From assembly GCF_009914755.1 (NCBI RefSeq), contig NC_060927.1: a stretch of DNA of 64,000 nt, one strand, 5' to 3'. Source of the DNA: the human T2T-CHM13v2.0 reference genome, Homo sapiens. A model generated the notes under the pieces. The model saw nothing but the letters and a program-made list of their open reading frames with translations. It had not been told where the DNA came from and did not search any database. Positions 14,430-28,102 of this stretch are shown in pieces (position 1 is the stretch's first letter; each line of letters opens with the position of its first letter). The position numbers and the translations under genes were made by a program.

Positions 14430-15490
14430 AATTGTGAATGTGTTGTCTTCCTTTGTTGGCTCTTGGCTTGGCTATTGTTGATGTATAGGAATGCTGGTAA
14501 TTTTTGTACAGTGATTACGTATGCTGAAACTTTGCTGAAGTTGTTTGTCAGCTGAAGGTGCTTTTGGGCTGAAATTATTGGTTTTCTAGATGTAGGATCA
14601 TGTCATCTTCAAGCTGGGACTTGACTTCCTCTTTCCCTATTTGGATGACCTTTATTTATTCTCCTGCCTGATTGCTCTGGCTAAGACTTCCAACACTATG
14701 TTAAATTGAAGTGGGTGAGAGAGAGCATCCCTGTCTTTTACCAGTTTTCAAGGGGAATGCTTCCAGATTTTGCCCATTTAGTATGAATTTGGCTGTGGGT
14801 TTGTCATAGATGGCTTTTACTATTTTGAGGTATGTTCCTTCAATACCTAGTTTATTGACAGTTTTTAACATGAAGTGGTGTTGAATTTTATTGCCTTTTC
14901 TGCATCTATTGAGATAATGTGGTTTTTTTGTCTTCATTCTGTTTATGTCATAAATCACAGTTATTGATTTGCATATGTTGGACCAACTTTTCATCCTGGG
15001 AATGAAGGCTACTTGATCATGGTGAATTAACTTTTTGTTGGGCTTGTAGATTCGGTTTGCAAGTATTGTGTTGAGAATTTTTGCATCTATGTTTATCAAG
15101 GATATTGGCTTGATCTGTCTAATACTGTCAGTGGAGTGTTGAAGTCTCCAACTTTTATTTTGTGGGAGACTCTCTCTCCTTGTGGGTCCCTAAGAACTTG
15201 CTTTGTGAAATTTGGGTGCTTCTGTGTTGGGTGCTTATATATTTAGGACAGTTAGTTCTTCTGGTTGAATTGAACTCTTTACCATTATTTAATTCCTTTC
15301 TTTGTCTTTTTTGATCTTTCTTGGTTTAATGTCTGTTTTGTCTGAAATTAGAATTGAAACACATGTTCTTTTCTGTTTTCCAATTGCTTGGTAGATTTTC
15401 CTTCATTCATTTATTTTGAGCCTATGGGTGTCATTATGTGTGAGATGGGTCTCTTGAAGGCAGCATACCAAAGGATCTTGTTTTTCTATT
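14430..15490 (-). mobile_element. Inverted 5' segment of an L1PA15/16 (twin-priming structure) with an internal deletion at ~15110
   Basis: ORF2 peptide 14701..15099 (NIDAKILN...[12 protein letters not shown]). Its outer end maps just upstream of where the + strand segment begins. Confidence 0.85.
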
Positions 15491-18400
15491 TACCTAATGA
15501 GGGAAGTGAAAGGTCTCCACGATGAGAATTACAAAACACTGCTCAAATAAATCAGAGATGACACACACAAATGAAACAACGTCCCATGCTCATGGATCAA
15601 AAGAATCAATATTAAAATGTCCATATTGCCCAAAGCAGTTTATGATTCAGTGCTATTCATATCAAACTACCAATAACAATCTTCCAAAAATTAAAAAAAA
15701 AAAAACAATTTTAAAATTAATATGGAATCACGAAAGAGCCCAAACAGCCAAGGAAATGCTAAGCAAAAAAAACAAAGTGGAGGCATCATGTTACCCAACT
15801 TCAAACTATATTACAGGGCTACAGTAACCAAAACAGCATGGTACTGGTACAAAAACAGGCACACAGACCAACGAAATAGAATAGACAGCCTAGAAATAAG
15901 GCTTCACGCCTATGACCATCTGATCTTCAATAAAGCTGACCAAAACAAGCAATAGGGAAAAACTTCTTATTCAATAAATGATGCTGGGATAACTGGCTAG
16001 ACATCTGCAAAGACTGAAACAGGACCCCTTCCTTATACTATATACAAAATTCAACTCAAGATAAAGACTTACATGTAAAACCTAAAACCATAAAGAAACC
16101 CTTCAAGACAACCTAGGCAATACCATCCTGGACATAGGGATGAGCAAAAACTTCATGGCAAAGATACCAAAAACAATTAGAGCAAAAGCAAAAATTGGCA
16201 AATGAGATCTAATTAAACTTAGTTCCAGCACAGCAAAATAAACTATCAGCAGAGTAAACAGACAACCTACACAATGGGAGAATATATTTGTGAACCATGC
16301 ATCTGACAAAGATCTAATATACAACACTGTATCAGTTTGTTCTTACACTGCTATAAAGACATACCTGAAATTGGGTAATATATAAATGAAAGAGGTTTAA
16401 TTGACTCATAGTTCTGGTGCTATACAGGCTTCCGCTTCTGGGGAGGCTGCAGGAAACTTACAATAGTGGCAGAAGGCAAAGGGGAAGCAGGCACATCTTT
16501 ATATGGTCAGCAAGAGGGAATGAGATAGAGATAGAGATAAAGAGGAGGTGCTACAAACTTTTAAACAAATAGATCTCAGGAGAACTTATCGCAAGATCAG
16601 TAAGGAGGAAGTCCACTGCCATGATTCAATCACCTCCCACCAGGTCCTCCTCCAATACTGGAAATTACAATTTGACATGAGATTTGGATAGCTACACAGA
16701 GGCAAACTATATCGTTCTGTCCCTGGCCCTTACCAAATCTCGTGTCTTTCTCACATGGCAAAATACAATTATCTCTTCTCAAAAGTCCCCCACAGTCTTA
16801 ACTCATTTCAGCATTAACTCAGAAGTCTACAGTACAAAGTATCATCAGAGACAAGGCAAGTCCCTTCCATCTATAAGCCTACAAAATCAAAAAGAAGTTA
16901 ATTACTTCCAAGATACAGTGTGGATATACGCATTGGGTAAATATTTCCTTTCCCAAAGGAAGAAAATGGCCAAAACAAAGTGCTACAGATCCCGCGTAAG
17001 TCTAAAACCCAGCAGGGGAGTCAGTAATTCTAAAACTCCAAAATAATATCCTTTTGTTTCATGTCTCATATCCAGGCCACAGTGATGCAAGGGGTAGTCT
17101 CCCAAGGCCTTGGACAGCTCTACCCCTGTGACTCTGCAGGGTACAGCCTCTGCAGCTGCTTTCATGGGCTAGCATTTGGTGCCAAGTGCACAGTACAAGT
17201 GGTTGGTAGATCTACCATTTTCAGGTATGGAAGATGGTGGCCTTCTCGTAGCTCCACTAGGCAGTATTCCAGTGGAGACTCTGTGGAAGCTCCAACCGTA
17301 CATTTCCCATCTGCACTTCCCTAGTTGAGGTTCCGCATGAAAGCTCTACCCCTGCAGCAAACTTGTGTCTAGACATCCAGGTGTTTCTATACATCCTCTG
17401 AAATCTAGGCAGAAGCTTCCAAGCTTCAACTCTTGCCCTCTGTGCATATGGAGGCTTAATGCCATGTTGAATTCACCAAGGCTTGCAGGTTGCACCCTCT
17501 GGAGCCGTGGCCTGATATTTGGGGCCACTGAGACAGCTGGAGCTGGAATGACTAGGATACAGGGAGCAGTGGTCCCAAGGTTTTGCAGAGCAGCAGGGCC
17601 CTAAGCCCAGCCATTAAAATCTTTCTTCCCTTCTAGACCTCTGGGCCTGTGATAGGAGAGGCTGCCATGAAGGTCTCAGAAATGTCTTGGAGGCATTTTC
17701 CCCTTTATTTTGGCTACTAACCAAAATAAAGCTCCTCTTTACTTATGCAAATTTCTGCTGCCTGCTTGAATTTTTTTTTTTCTTTTCTACCACATGGTCA
17801 GGCTGCAAATCTTCCAAACTTGTATACTTTTCTTTCCTTTTAAATACAAATTCCAATTTCAGGTCATTTCTTTGCATATGCAGATGAGCATAGACTTTCA
17901 GAAGCACCCAAGCTTCCTCTTGAACACTTTGCTGTTTAAAAATTTCTTCCACCACGTACCTTAAATCATCTCTCTCAAGTTCAAAGTTCCACAGATCTCT
18001 AGGGCAGAGCCACAAGGCTGCCACCCTCTTTGTTAAAGCATAGCAACAGTGACTTTTACTCCACTTCCAAATAAGTTCCTCATATCCATCTGAGACCACC
18101 TCAACCTGAATTTAATTGTACATATCACTATCAGTAATGTTTACAGCCATTCAACAAGTCCCTAGGAAGTTCTAAACTTTCTCTCATCTTCCTGTCTTCT
18201 TCCAAGCTCTCCAAACTGTTTCAACCTCTGCTTGTTACCCAGTTTCAAAGTAGCTTGCATATTTTAGGAATGGCCCTACTTCTCTGGTACCAATTTTCTG
18301 TATTATTCTGTTCTTACACTGCTATAAAGACATACCTGAAACTGGGTAATTTGTAAAGAAAAGAGGTTTAATTGGCTCACGGTACTGTGAGCTGTACAGA

Positions 18401-19560
18401 CTTCTGCTTCTGAGTAGGCCTCAGGAAACATATACTCAGAGCAGAAAGTGAAGGGGAAGCAGGCACACCTTAAAATGTCTGGCAGGAGAAGATGGGGGAA
18501 GGTGCTACACACTTTTAAACAAGCAGATCTTAGGAGAGCTCTGTCACAAGAACAGCAAGGGGGAAGTCCACCCCCATGATTCAAACACCTCCAACCAGGT
18601 CCCTCCTCCTCCAATACTGGGAATTACAATTTGGTTTGAGATTTAGATGGGGACACAGAGCAAAACTATATCAAGCAACTATAAGGAACATAAATAAACT
18701 TTAAAAAATAAAAGCAACCACATTAAAAAGTGGGCATAGGACATGAACAGACACTTTTCAAAAGAAAACATACATGTGGCCATCAGGCATATGAAAGAGA
18801 AGCTCAATATCACTGATCATTAGAGAAATACAAAACAAAACCACAGTGAGATACCATCTCACACCAGTCAGAACGACTATTACTAAAAAATCCAAAAATA
18901 ACAGATGCTGGCAAGTTTTCAGAGAAGAGAAAAGCTTATACACAGTTAGTTGGTAAGAGTGTAAACTAGATAAACTGTTTTGGAAAGCAGTATGGTGATT
19001 CCTCAAAGAGCTAAAAGCAGAACTCCTGTTCAAGCCAGCAATCTCATTACTGGGTATATACTCAGAGGAATATAAATCATTCTGCTATAAAGGCACATGC
19101 ACACAAATGTTAATTACAGCACTATTCACAATAGCAAAGACATGGAATCAACCTAAAAGCCCATCAATGACAGATTGGATTAAAAACATTTTTCAACATA
19201 TACACCATGAAATACTATGGATTCGTAAAAAAGAACTAGATCATGTATTTTGCAGGAACATGGATGCAGCTGGAGGCTATTATCCTTAACAAACAAATGC
19301 AGGAACAGAAATCCAAATACCACACGTTCTTATAAATGGGAGCTAAATGATGAGAACTTATGAACACAAAGAAGGGAACAGCAGACACTGGGGTCTACTT
19401 GAGGGTGGAGGGTGGGAGGAGGGGCAGGAGCAGAAAAGCTAATTGTTGGGTACTGAGCTTAATACCTGGGTGATGAAATAATCTGTACAACAAACTTCCA
19501 TAACACAAGTACACCTATATTAAAAACCTTCATATGCACCCCCAAACCTAAAATAAAGTT
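15491..19560 (+). mobile_element. L1PA15/16-like 3' segment (ORF2 C-half and 3'UTR), interrupted by MSTA
   Basis: 15722..15955 [27 protein letters not shown]; 19107..19289 TALFTIAKTWNQPK; 3'UTR ending ...cccccaaacctaaaataaag. Confidence 0.88.
16328..18673 (-). mobile_element. Complete MSTA-type ERVL-MaLR provirus: LTR 16328-16714, internal 16715-18298, LTR 18299-18673
   Basis: Two similar LTRs (tgtat..gttcttacactgctataaagacatacctgaaa ... aaactatatc[a/g]) flank ~1.6 kb of MST/THE1-type internal sequence (ORF 17743..18099 ALWLCPRDLWNFELERDDL); degenerate 5-bp TSD aacac/agcaa. Confidence 0.9.
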
Positions 19561-19637
19561 TTTTTTAAATGAAAATACATGTGTAATTCTCAAGAGACAG
19601 TGATAAAATAACACTGGGAGTAATAGAATAGGGTTAC

Positions 19638-20212
19638 TGTAGGAAATAATGCCTACCTACTGTTTGATGGCCGGCATCCTTTCTTGCTAAAAGTATTTTC
19701 TTTAGGAAATTTCTTCTCCCCAAATTCTCAGCCACATGGTTCATATGGAATCCATGTCTTTCCTCATGACAGTAGTCAACCAAAATTTACTTAAGGCAAT
19801 AAAAATAGTTTCTCTTTGGTCGTGGTGGTGATTGGCTTAGGAGTGGATATATGACATAAGTTAATTCAATAAAGTAAATGTCTTAATTTTTTCTGGGAAT
19901 GCTTGGATATAATTCTATTATTTTCTGAAAAACACCAATACCAAAGTATATTTTGATAATTACCACTGGCAGTAGTCTTGGAATTGATGAAATTATTTTT
20001 ATAACCAAAACATTAATCAGCCAAAAGGTTATGTTAACCCAGCAGAAATGGGGTAAGAGATAAATTTAGATGGTGGTGATTGAGTGCTGCATCAAACTAT
20101 ACCTGAGCTTAATATGCCTCTGTGTTTTTCAGTTATATTAGCAAATTAACTTTCTTCTTTAAATTAAGCTATTTCGAGTTGAATCACTGGCATGAAAATA
20201 ATCTTACTATAT
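19638..20212 (+). mobile_element. Old MLT1 (J/K/L-like) LTR
   Basis: 3' part catcaaactatacctgag...ttttcagttatattagcaaattaac...ttaagctatttcgagttg resembles MLT1 U3/R/U5. Confidence 0.55.
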
Positions 20213-21659
20213 AAGACTAGCATTTATTTGGGAAAGGTTTGAGGCCAGACTGTTCTAAACTTGGAATGCTTAGATACATCATTCTAAAATAAACAATGAG
20301 AAAATATTGAGAAATTATGAATTAAATACTCATAAAATTAAAATATGTTGTAATTTCTTTAACAGAATTTTGTAAAATGCATTAAATAGAATGTATATTA
20401 ACAAAATGAAAATTACTCATGTCTAAAATGCATCAGATATTAAAATAAAGTGATTATTGATAAGGAAGGAATGTGAGATATGATTTGAAAATATGATAGA
20501 AAACATACATTGAGGTTATATGAAATATATTGAATATATTAAATATGTATTGAATATATCAAAATATTTTTTGTTTTGGTTTTGAAATTTATGTAGACAT
20601 TTGTCATATTTTTATTTTTGCTAACTTGAAAATGTGTATTGCTTGTCTTTAAAGTACATATGTGTAATCCTAAAACCATGCAGAACACATGCCCTTGTCA
20701 AAAACAGCTTATCAATTAGATACCTTTGCTATTTCCATATCTGCTATGGCCGAAGGGTCCTATTGTCTCATTTTTAATAACTAATCCTTATTTGTCTAGC
20801 TCAATATATCATTGGAAGTTGTACATAGAAGAAAAGAGGCATTTCCAATGGCATACATAATTCTCCTGAAATTTGTGTTTATGTGATGTAAGCTACACAG
20901 GAAAATACAGTAAATAAAGAGCAATCACAAGTACTATATTGCAAAGAGTAGATAATTTCATAATCATATACTTTGAGTGATTCTTTATATCATAGGGCAT
21001 GAGAATAAAACTTCATCTACAAGACTTCTATTCTTTTTTTAATTTTTGTTTGTTGTTTCAGGTGCAGGTGGTTTTTGCCTTTCCACTTACGTTAGGTAAT
21101 GAAAAGACGAAGGATAGCTCTGTTGTGGTTCTGTTTGATAACACAAGAAACTAGTCAGATGGAAATGAAAAAAAGAACAGAGATGAGAACAGAAAGAGTA
21201 CATCTTTTAAAATGCCTTGGGACAAGGAAAAAAAACTTTCTGTTTACTCTAAACTAAAAATAAGAAATTGTAGCCACATATAATTGGAATAGTGGGGTTA
21301 TAAATGTTTATGAATAATATTTTATAATATTAATGTATGTTATATAGCACAAATTATAATGTGTGCTTATGACAATGTAGATTATCCTTATGAAAAGGAA
21401 GACAAAACCTAGGCATACCTATTTTTAATATGGTCATATTTAAGAGATAATTTTTTCTCTAAATAAATAATAGATACTTCAATGATTAATAGAGTACACT
21501 TAAGCAATGACTCAATGTTCTATGAAATAGATTATCAAAATATCCAAAAATACACTATACAGTGGATACTGAAAATATTATGTTAATTAAAGCTGAGAAA
21601 CAATACAAATACTTCACCAAAATAATAAAGTGATTTTGTCAGCATAAATCCAATAGATG

Positions 21660-21830
21660 TATTTTGTGGAAGAAAGACTTGGTTTGGGTGTTTGAAAGCT
21701 TGGATCATTGGGCTTCTGCCAATCACTGGCCATGTGGCTGTGAATGAATAACGTAAGATTAGAGAACTGTTTCCTCATCTCTAGCATGAAGTGATTAAAT
21801 AGTATAATTAATGAGATCAGTTTAACAATG
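21660..21830 (+). mobile_element. MIR-family fragment
   Basis: cttctgccaatcactggccatgtggctgtgaatgaataac...gtttcctcatctctagcatg resembles the MIR core. Confidence 0.45.
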
Positions 21831-21835
21831 ATGAG

Positions 21836-21875
21836 CTATCTATCCATCTATCCATCCATCGATCTATTTATCTAG
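21836..21875. repeat. (TCCA/TCTA)n simple repeat
   Basis: ctatctatccatctatccatccatcgatctatttatct. Confidence 0.75.
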
Positions 21876-21923
21876 ACATATACCCGTAATCCTGGTCTCC
21901 GTCATCCCTATTTATTCAGAGTC

Positions 21924-22340
21924 TGTATTACAGGTTGGCTTCCTCAGAAAGCTGAAGCTAAAAAGGAGTTTAGCACTCCTGGGATCGATATTCCTGGGGA
22001 GAGGAGAGCGTAACAAGATTGAGCAGAGAATTGGACTTGTAGCACAGATACAATAAGACTTCAGGTGACACCACAGAGAGAGATGAACTGAGTTTGCTCT
22101 TCAAAGAGTTTCTAACTTTGAGCCAAGAGGTCTGGATTCTATACCCTGTATCTAGAAGTCAATGAACACAGGTTGTCAGTGCACAAGATATGTCATTGCA
22201 CAAAGTAATTTTGAGCTGAGGCAAATCCTAAAGAGGACGGATATCTGAGGACAGTTAGATGAGAAACTTTTTGACGGTTTGGATAAATTTTTAGTTGTGA
22301 GGGAGGGACCTGCATGACGCAACACATAGATATGATGTAG
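21924..22340 (-). mobile_element. LTR16A/B-like solo LTR (ERVL)
   Basis: ttcctcagaaagctgaagct...gagctgaggcaaatcctaaagagg...gagggagggacctgcatgacgcaacaca follows the recalled LTR16 reverse strand. Confidence 0.6.
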
Positions 22341-22589
22341 ACAATGTCTGAAGTATCTCAGTTTCTCAAAAAATCCACTCGTCTTCTTGAATATTGAGAT
22401 TGTGAGCAGGAATAAGTGGAGTGTTCAAAGCCCTTTGAAAAGCTAACCTACTCCATTAGTGGAGTATGATGTAATAAGTTAATTTTCACTTTAAGATTGG
22501 TCATAGTATAAATTCCTCACAATTTATAAAGCCTATGAGTCAAAACCCTCCCTGTTCATTCTAGAAATATGCCTCTATTCCTACGAGGA

Positions 22590-23302
22590 AGTATTTTTCA
22601 CAGACCCAACACATCTTTTCATTAAAAATAATATTTTAATGCCTTTTTTATTACCCTAAAATGAAAGTCATAGATAATATAGCCTATCTGTAAATGTAAT
22701 TTCAAAAGATCAATATAACACCATAACTATAATAGAAAGGAAAAATAAGAGAAAAGTCATTTATAATAAAATAACATATGTTTCAATATGTAAATATTCA
22801 GGCATGACAGCATTAGAAGATATGGTTAAGCAGTCAGGTGCATGACCTATAAATCAACATATATAAGTATCTGATTGAATATTTAGTAGTAATTAAATAC
22901 CACTGGAGGATATACTATCAATGAAATGGTAACCCAAATTGAAGGCACGCTAAGTAAATTCCTGAACAAAACAAATTAAAATCTTCTTTCCACATTGCTA
23001 GTATTTGCATATTCTGGAGACTTACTGTATATTAAAATTATTAAAAAAGAGTTCATATGTAAATAAAATTAACTTTTAAGTTTAGCTCATTATGAATATA
23101 TTTTGTATCTTTATGAATATCTGGTGATGTATTAAAACATATATGAGACAAGGGACAGTTCTTTGTGTTGGAATTGTTGAAGACTGCATTCTTTGCCAAC
23201 TTGTAAAATTCAAATATCCCACAATCACTAGGATAAACAAAAACGCTCCTCATACATGCTTATTGTCTCCAAGGGCCAATACTACCTGGTTGATCATTAC
23301 TC
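22590..23302. mobile_element. hAT-Charlie DNA transposon remnant (Charlie7/MER20-like end)
   Basis: aaatgaaagtcatagataatatagcctatc...; terminal aacaaaaacgctcc...ggttgatcattact resembles ggttgagaaccactg. Confidence 0.55.
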
Positions 23303-23529
23303 CAGATTGTCTGTTCAGTCCTACAGTGTATGGAGAAGCTGCTAAGCAAAGGTTCTATTTCTGGCTTCTATATATGAAATTTCAGCAAAGTCACTGTATC
23401 ATCACTCTCTCTTAAAAGGCTGGGCACACTAATTCTCAACTACACCTTGTTTGTTAAAGAGTCTACAAAGAATCCCATTTTCTTACTTTATTCTCATTAG
23501 GCATAAGATGGCAGCGAAATTGCTTGAGA

Positions 23530-23760
23530 TATTGTGATGAAATGGGTGCTACTCAGACTGGGGACCTGTTTAAACTCCTACTTTCCCACTTAAGAGCTCT
23601 ACAATCAGTAGGTCAATTAAATATCCAGAGTGTCCATTCCCTGATCTTTTCATCAAAAACACTACCAACATCCATGTTTATTGTGAGAATTAAAAGAAAG
23701 AATGTGTTGCAACCCCAGCAGTTAGTATAGAGTTTGAGCAGCACATAGTTACTGATGCTA
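23530..23760 (+). mobile_element. MIR
   Basis: tcagactgg...tttaaactcc...ttattgtgagaattaaaagaaagaatgtg. Confidence 0.5.
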
Positions 23761-24589
23761 GAATTGGAAACTACAAGATAAAAGAGAGAATAACAAATAA
23801 TAAGTATAGATAGAGAAGTACCTAAATAGACAGGGATGTTACAGGATCTGTCTATAGATATATCCCTACATTTATGGGATCTGTAGATAAGTATTGATTG
23901 GAAAATATTGGGGTGGGGGAAGAGAGAGAATTGGACTCAAACATTTCTGTGTGACAATGTCTAATTATCTCTCCTCTTTCTAGCTCTGGCATATTACTAG
24001 GATGTCTCATAGGTAAGGACACGATATGATTTATCAGCCAACATAAGATTCTCTGGAAATGGGACACTCCTAAACTCTTAATAATTATACTAGAAAAACA
24101 GGCACAAGGCCAGGAGGGCACCATGCAAGTTAGGACCCATTGTCACCTCAATTATAAGTCATATTATCCTGCCTAGGTTGGTGGGTATGGTTGAAATAAC
24201 CTTGACATATTTGACATTCTGCTATTATTTCTTGTTGCTTACCTCATCAGATTTATTTTCTTTATATTTATTTCTTTTTTATTTCAATTTTGATTTGTGT
24301 CATTCTTGTATTTTATTTTGTGTTATATTATTTTGATCCCAAATTTGATAACATTAAAAATTGTGGTGCATGGTATTTTACTGGTTTTAGTAAATGTTGG
24401 CATATTTTATTATTAACTTTTGTATATATAACATGTAAGCAATTACTTTAAATATTATAATCTGTATTTAAATCTTTTGGACTCAAGCATTAGGTAAAAA
24501 TTTATTTTATTTATTCATTATTTTTCCAAATATTACATTTTTTTAAATAGTATTATTTTAATAGAGATTAAATTCATTAATTTTATAAT

Positions 24590-24770
24590 CAAAACACTAT
24601 AAGCTTTAGAGTCATATTGACTTAAGTTAAAATCTCTGTCCCTCTACTTTTTTTACTAGTGCACAACCTTGGTCAAATTGTTTATTCTCAACTAATTTGA
24701 ATTTCTCATCTGGAAAATGTGGATTATAACATCTACCTTGTAAAATTGTTTAAAATAAGAACATACAAAT
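24590..24770 (+). mobile_element. MIR
   Basis: gctttagagtcatattgacttaagttaaaatctctg...accttggtcaaattg...tttctcatctggaaaatgtggattataacatctaccttg. Confidence 0.7.
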
Positions 24771-25069
24771 TTTGTTTATAGATGATTCCTTTAAACATGC
24801 AATGGCTTAATTTTTTATGCTTTAAACTATTAAGGGTAAATTAGGTTTGTAAAATCATTGTGATATATTTGATATCTTTCCACACTACACATGCTTATAA
24901 AATCATTACATCTTCTCCTGTGAATTCAGCCACCATTTCTTTGCCAATAGCTCTAAAATGTTTACTTTCATCAAGCTTTTCCTGTTACCAAATTCCAGCA
25001 CAATATACACAACTCCATACTTCAGAGTTCTTTAGTGTCCTCGCGGCACTACCCTCTGCCTACTTTCCA

Positions 25070-25930
25070 AAGCTCAGTTAATGGCACCATTACCTCCTCT
25101 GTTGTCCGAACAAGAAAACTGGAAGAGATTTTTTATTGTTTTCTCCTCACACTTATTGCTCTATATCTATTTGGTAAATGAAGCCAGCTAATTTATATTT
25201 CTATAATGAATAAAAGCATGATCCCTTATTTCTATACATCTTTAAAATCATCTCTCATCATTTTTGCACATGATGATTTATTTTTTGTTTTCTGTGTTCC
25301 AAACTTCTAAGTGGCCACTCTATTTTGAGCAATACCCTTTTAATTCCTCTGCCCTCACTGTGGCCAGAATGAGCTAAATTCCAGCACGTCTCTCCTTTGA
25401 TTTTTTAACTGTATGTATTCAACAAAATGTTCAGATTTTTTTCCATGACATACAGAATCTATACCTGATTTGGGTCTCTCCTATTATAATTCTCTCTCCT
25501 CCAATTCTACATTTGCTTTCTACTCTAAATAAGTTATATGGTAAAATTTTTACATTTTACTGTCACTATGAAATATGCAGCCTCCTCATCTCTGGCCCAT
25601 TTAATTCAACTGTTCTTCCACGCTCAACTGCTTACTTCCTCAGCAGGAAGACAAAAAATTTAGGATGTCAAGTGAAATTAAGATTTCATATAAACAAAAA
25701 GTAATATTTTAGCGTGAGTATGCCATGTGCAATAATTGGAACATAATTATAGTAAAAAGTATTAATATTTTACTTTTATTTGTTACATCTGGCACCTCTT
25801 CTCTTTGAGAAAGTCTCTGCTGAGAACCCTTCAAGAATACTTGCCATGTCCATATATTAAAAGCATACACATCCTATCATATGTTTGACTGTGTTGAATG
25901 TGTTTAAATGTGTTTGCCTGCCAGTAACGT
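25070..25930 (+). mobile_element. L2 fragments, decayed
   Basis: ctcagttaatggcaccattacc...caagaaaactggaag and cactgtggccagaatgagc are L2-like motifs. Confidence 0.5.
25645..25798 (+). mobile_element. MER53 (hAT MITE), internally deleted
   Basis: aggatgtcaagtgaaattaagatttcatataaacaa...gagtatgccatgtgcaat...tttttatttgttacatctggcac. Confidence 0.65.
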
Positions 25931-26356
25931 GTCTAGATGAAACAACAAAAATTGAAAAATTCCCGTGGATCTCTTTTTAAGCTGTCTAAATGAAGAGTAT
26001 ACTTTCATCGGGAGAAGCTGGATTGAATTGTAAATACGACTTTATTATTCAATATTGATACTTATTTTCCTATGATTAATATTTTAAGAAATTTGATTTT
26101 ATATAGTGCTTATTTTTCCTTATAAAAGTATAGAAACTATCGGCATTAAGAGTAATTTATTTTGTATAAGTTATCTTTAAGGTTTGTAAGACATTATAAA
26201 TAAATGATTTTTCTGGAATCTATTCTAATGTGTGCATGTCACAAATACAAATGTCAAAAATGTAGTCAATTTATGTACAAAGGAGTACTCTTTAAAGGAG
26301 AATACACAGAAAATGAAAATGCAAAGAAAGAGTTTTGAGTAAAATATGCCCAAATT

Positions 26357-26493
26357 TACATAAACATATAATTTATTATTTTAGTAGGGGTGTATTTGAG
26401 TGGAAGGAGAACCAATACTATTAATCATTACACCAGAACACCAGATATTATCAGGGAACCATCCCAAGCAAACAAGCGTGTTTGGTCAACATA
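26357..26493 (+). mobile_element. MER94-like (hAT-Blackjack) MITE
   Basis: catataatttat...tttgagtggaagg...ctattaatcattacaccagaacaccag...ccaagcaaac...tggtcaacata. Confidence 0.6.
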
Positions 26494-28102
26494 GCAAGAA
26501 TCCTCTGCATCTATATATACAGCATCAAAATAACTTAAATGTGTATTATTTGATTTGAATATATCATCTGATTATTACTAGCTTAGGTTTGGTCTGGATC
26601 TGAAATACAGACAATCAGAGGTTTTGAATTCAACCTCAAAACTGTGGATGTATAACACAAAGGCCTCCTTCCATTGTGCTATTATTAATTAATAACTCTA
26701 GTGGTCTGGAGGAAATAAATATCTAAGCACTTAAGCGATGTAAATTTATACCAAAAACATATCAGAAGATGTTATGATGTAGTACTTTATTTCAAAATGG
26801 ATGGAGAGTTTATGACAGAGCTAGGGTAAGGAGACTGAATAAAGCAGAACAACAAATATAAATCACTGATTTAAAAACATATATTTTTGACATAGTATGG
26901 AATGAATGGTATAGATGCATCATAAATACAGACTTGATTTCTCCTACTTGGAGGTTTTCTAATATCTTTGAACAAATTTAATAATCCACTCCTCAAAATC
27001 ATATATTTTATCATTTTGGCTGTTTTAAATATATTGGTAATTTTAATATATTTAAAATATTATAGTTAATACAAGAGCATGTTTTCCATATTTTTATGTT
27101 AAAAACCATTTTATTTAAATAGGAATAAAATGTAAAAGATATAACACTGACAATCTAGTTAATATTCTTTTAATAGTGAAGATATTAGGAAGTCATCTTG
27201 TAGAAATGAAATAATATATGCAGTTATTTCACTTATATATTTACCATCCTAAGAAGTGAAGAGCAAAAAAAAATGCCGCCTAATTTATATAAATTGATTG
27301 ACATTTGTTAATATATTCATATCTATGTATAAATTAATTTTATATTAATTCAAAATACATTACTTTATCTTCACTGCACCTTTAAGGGTTATGAATACTC
27401 TGTGAGAAAAATAAGTATCACCAAGTCTAAATATTTACAAAATAATGTAATACAAAATGAAAAAACAATTATCAGGCCTCTCATATTATAGCAATTAGAT
27501 GAGAATAACATGCATTAATCTATGTATCAATTTTTATATTTCCTTATAGTTTAGATTTCATTCTTTTTATATTCTCAATATGTAAAATATCTCTTAGTTA
27601 GGAATTCTATTATATTTTAACTCTACTTCCACTTAACTAATATGATGTAGCTGACTAGTTTCTTAGCAGTCACTATGTACCTAGCAAGGAAGGTTGGATT
27701 AAGGCAAGTGGTAGGACAAAAAGCAAGCTGTCTCTCTTACTCATGTGTGAACATATGTATTATAGGTAATAAAGGATGAATAAAAGAGTATATTTCCTGT
27801 TTATTACATTGAGATTAATTTTGGGAAAAGGAAAATATTAACCTGAAAATATACTAAAGTATGATATCAGGTTATTAATAAGTAATATACAAGATAAAAT
27901 AATAGTCTAATTAGTATATATATATTCACAGTTAAAGAGATCAAAACGCATCCATAAATTTATATTTTAGCCCTTATGAATACAATATTTGCCTTCAAAT
28001 TACATTTAAAACCATTGTTATATTTCTCACAAATTTTTGACAAAATGTAAAAATATGAAATAAAATAAAAATAAATCTTAGTCAAAGAGAATAATTTATT
28101 TG

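Noticed and set aside
16684-18614. Cluster of 60-120 aa ORFs
   Set aside because: Decayed MSTA internal and LTR sequence.
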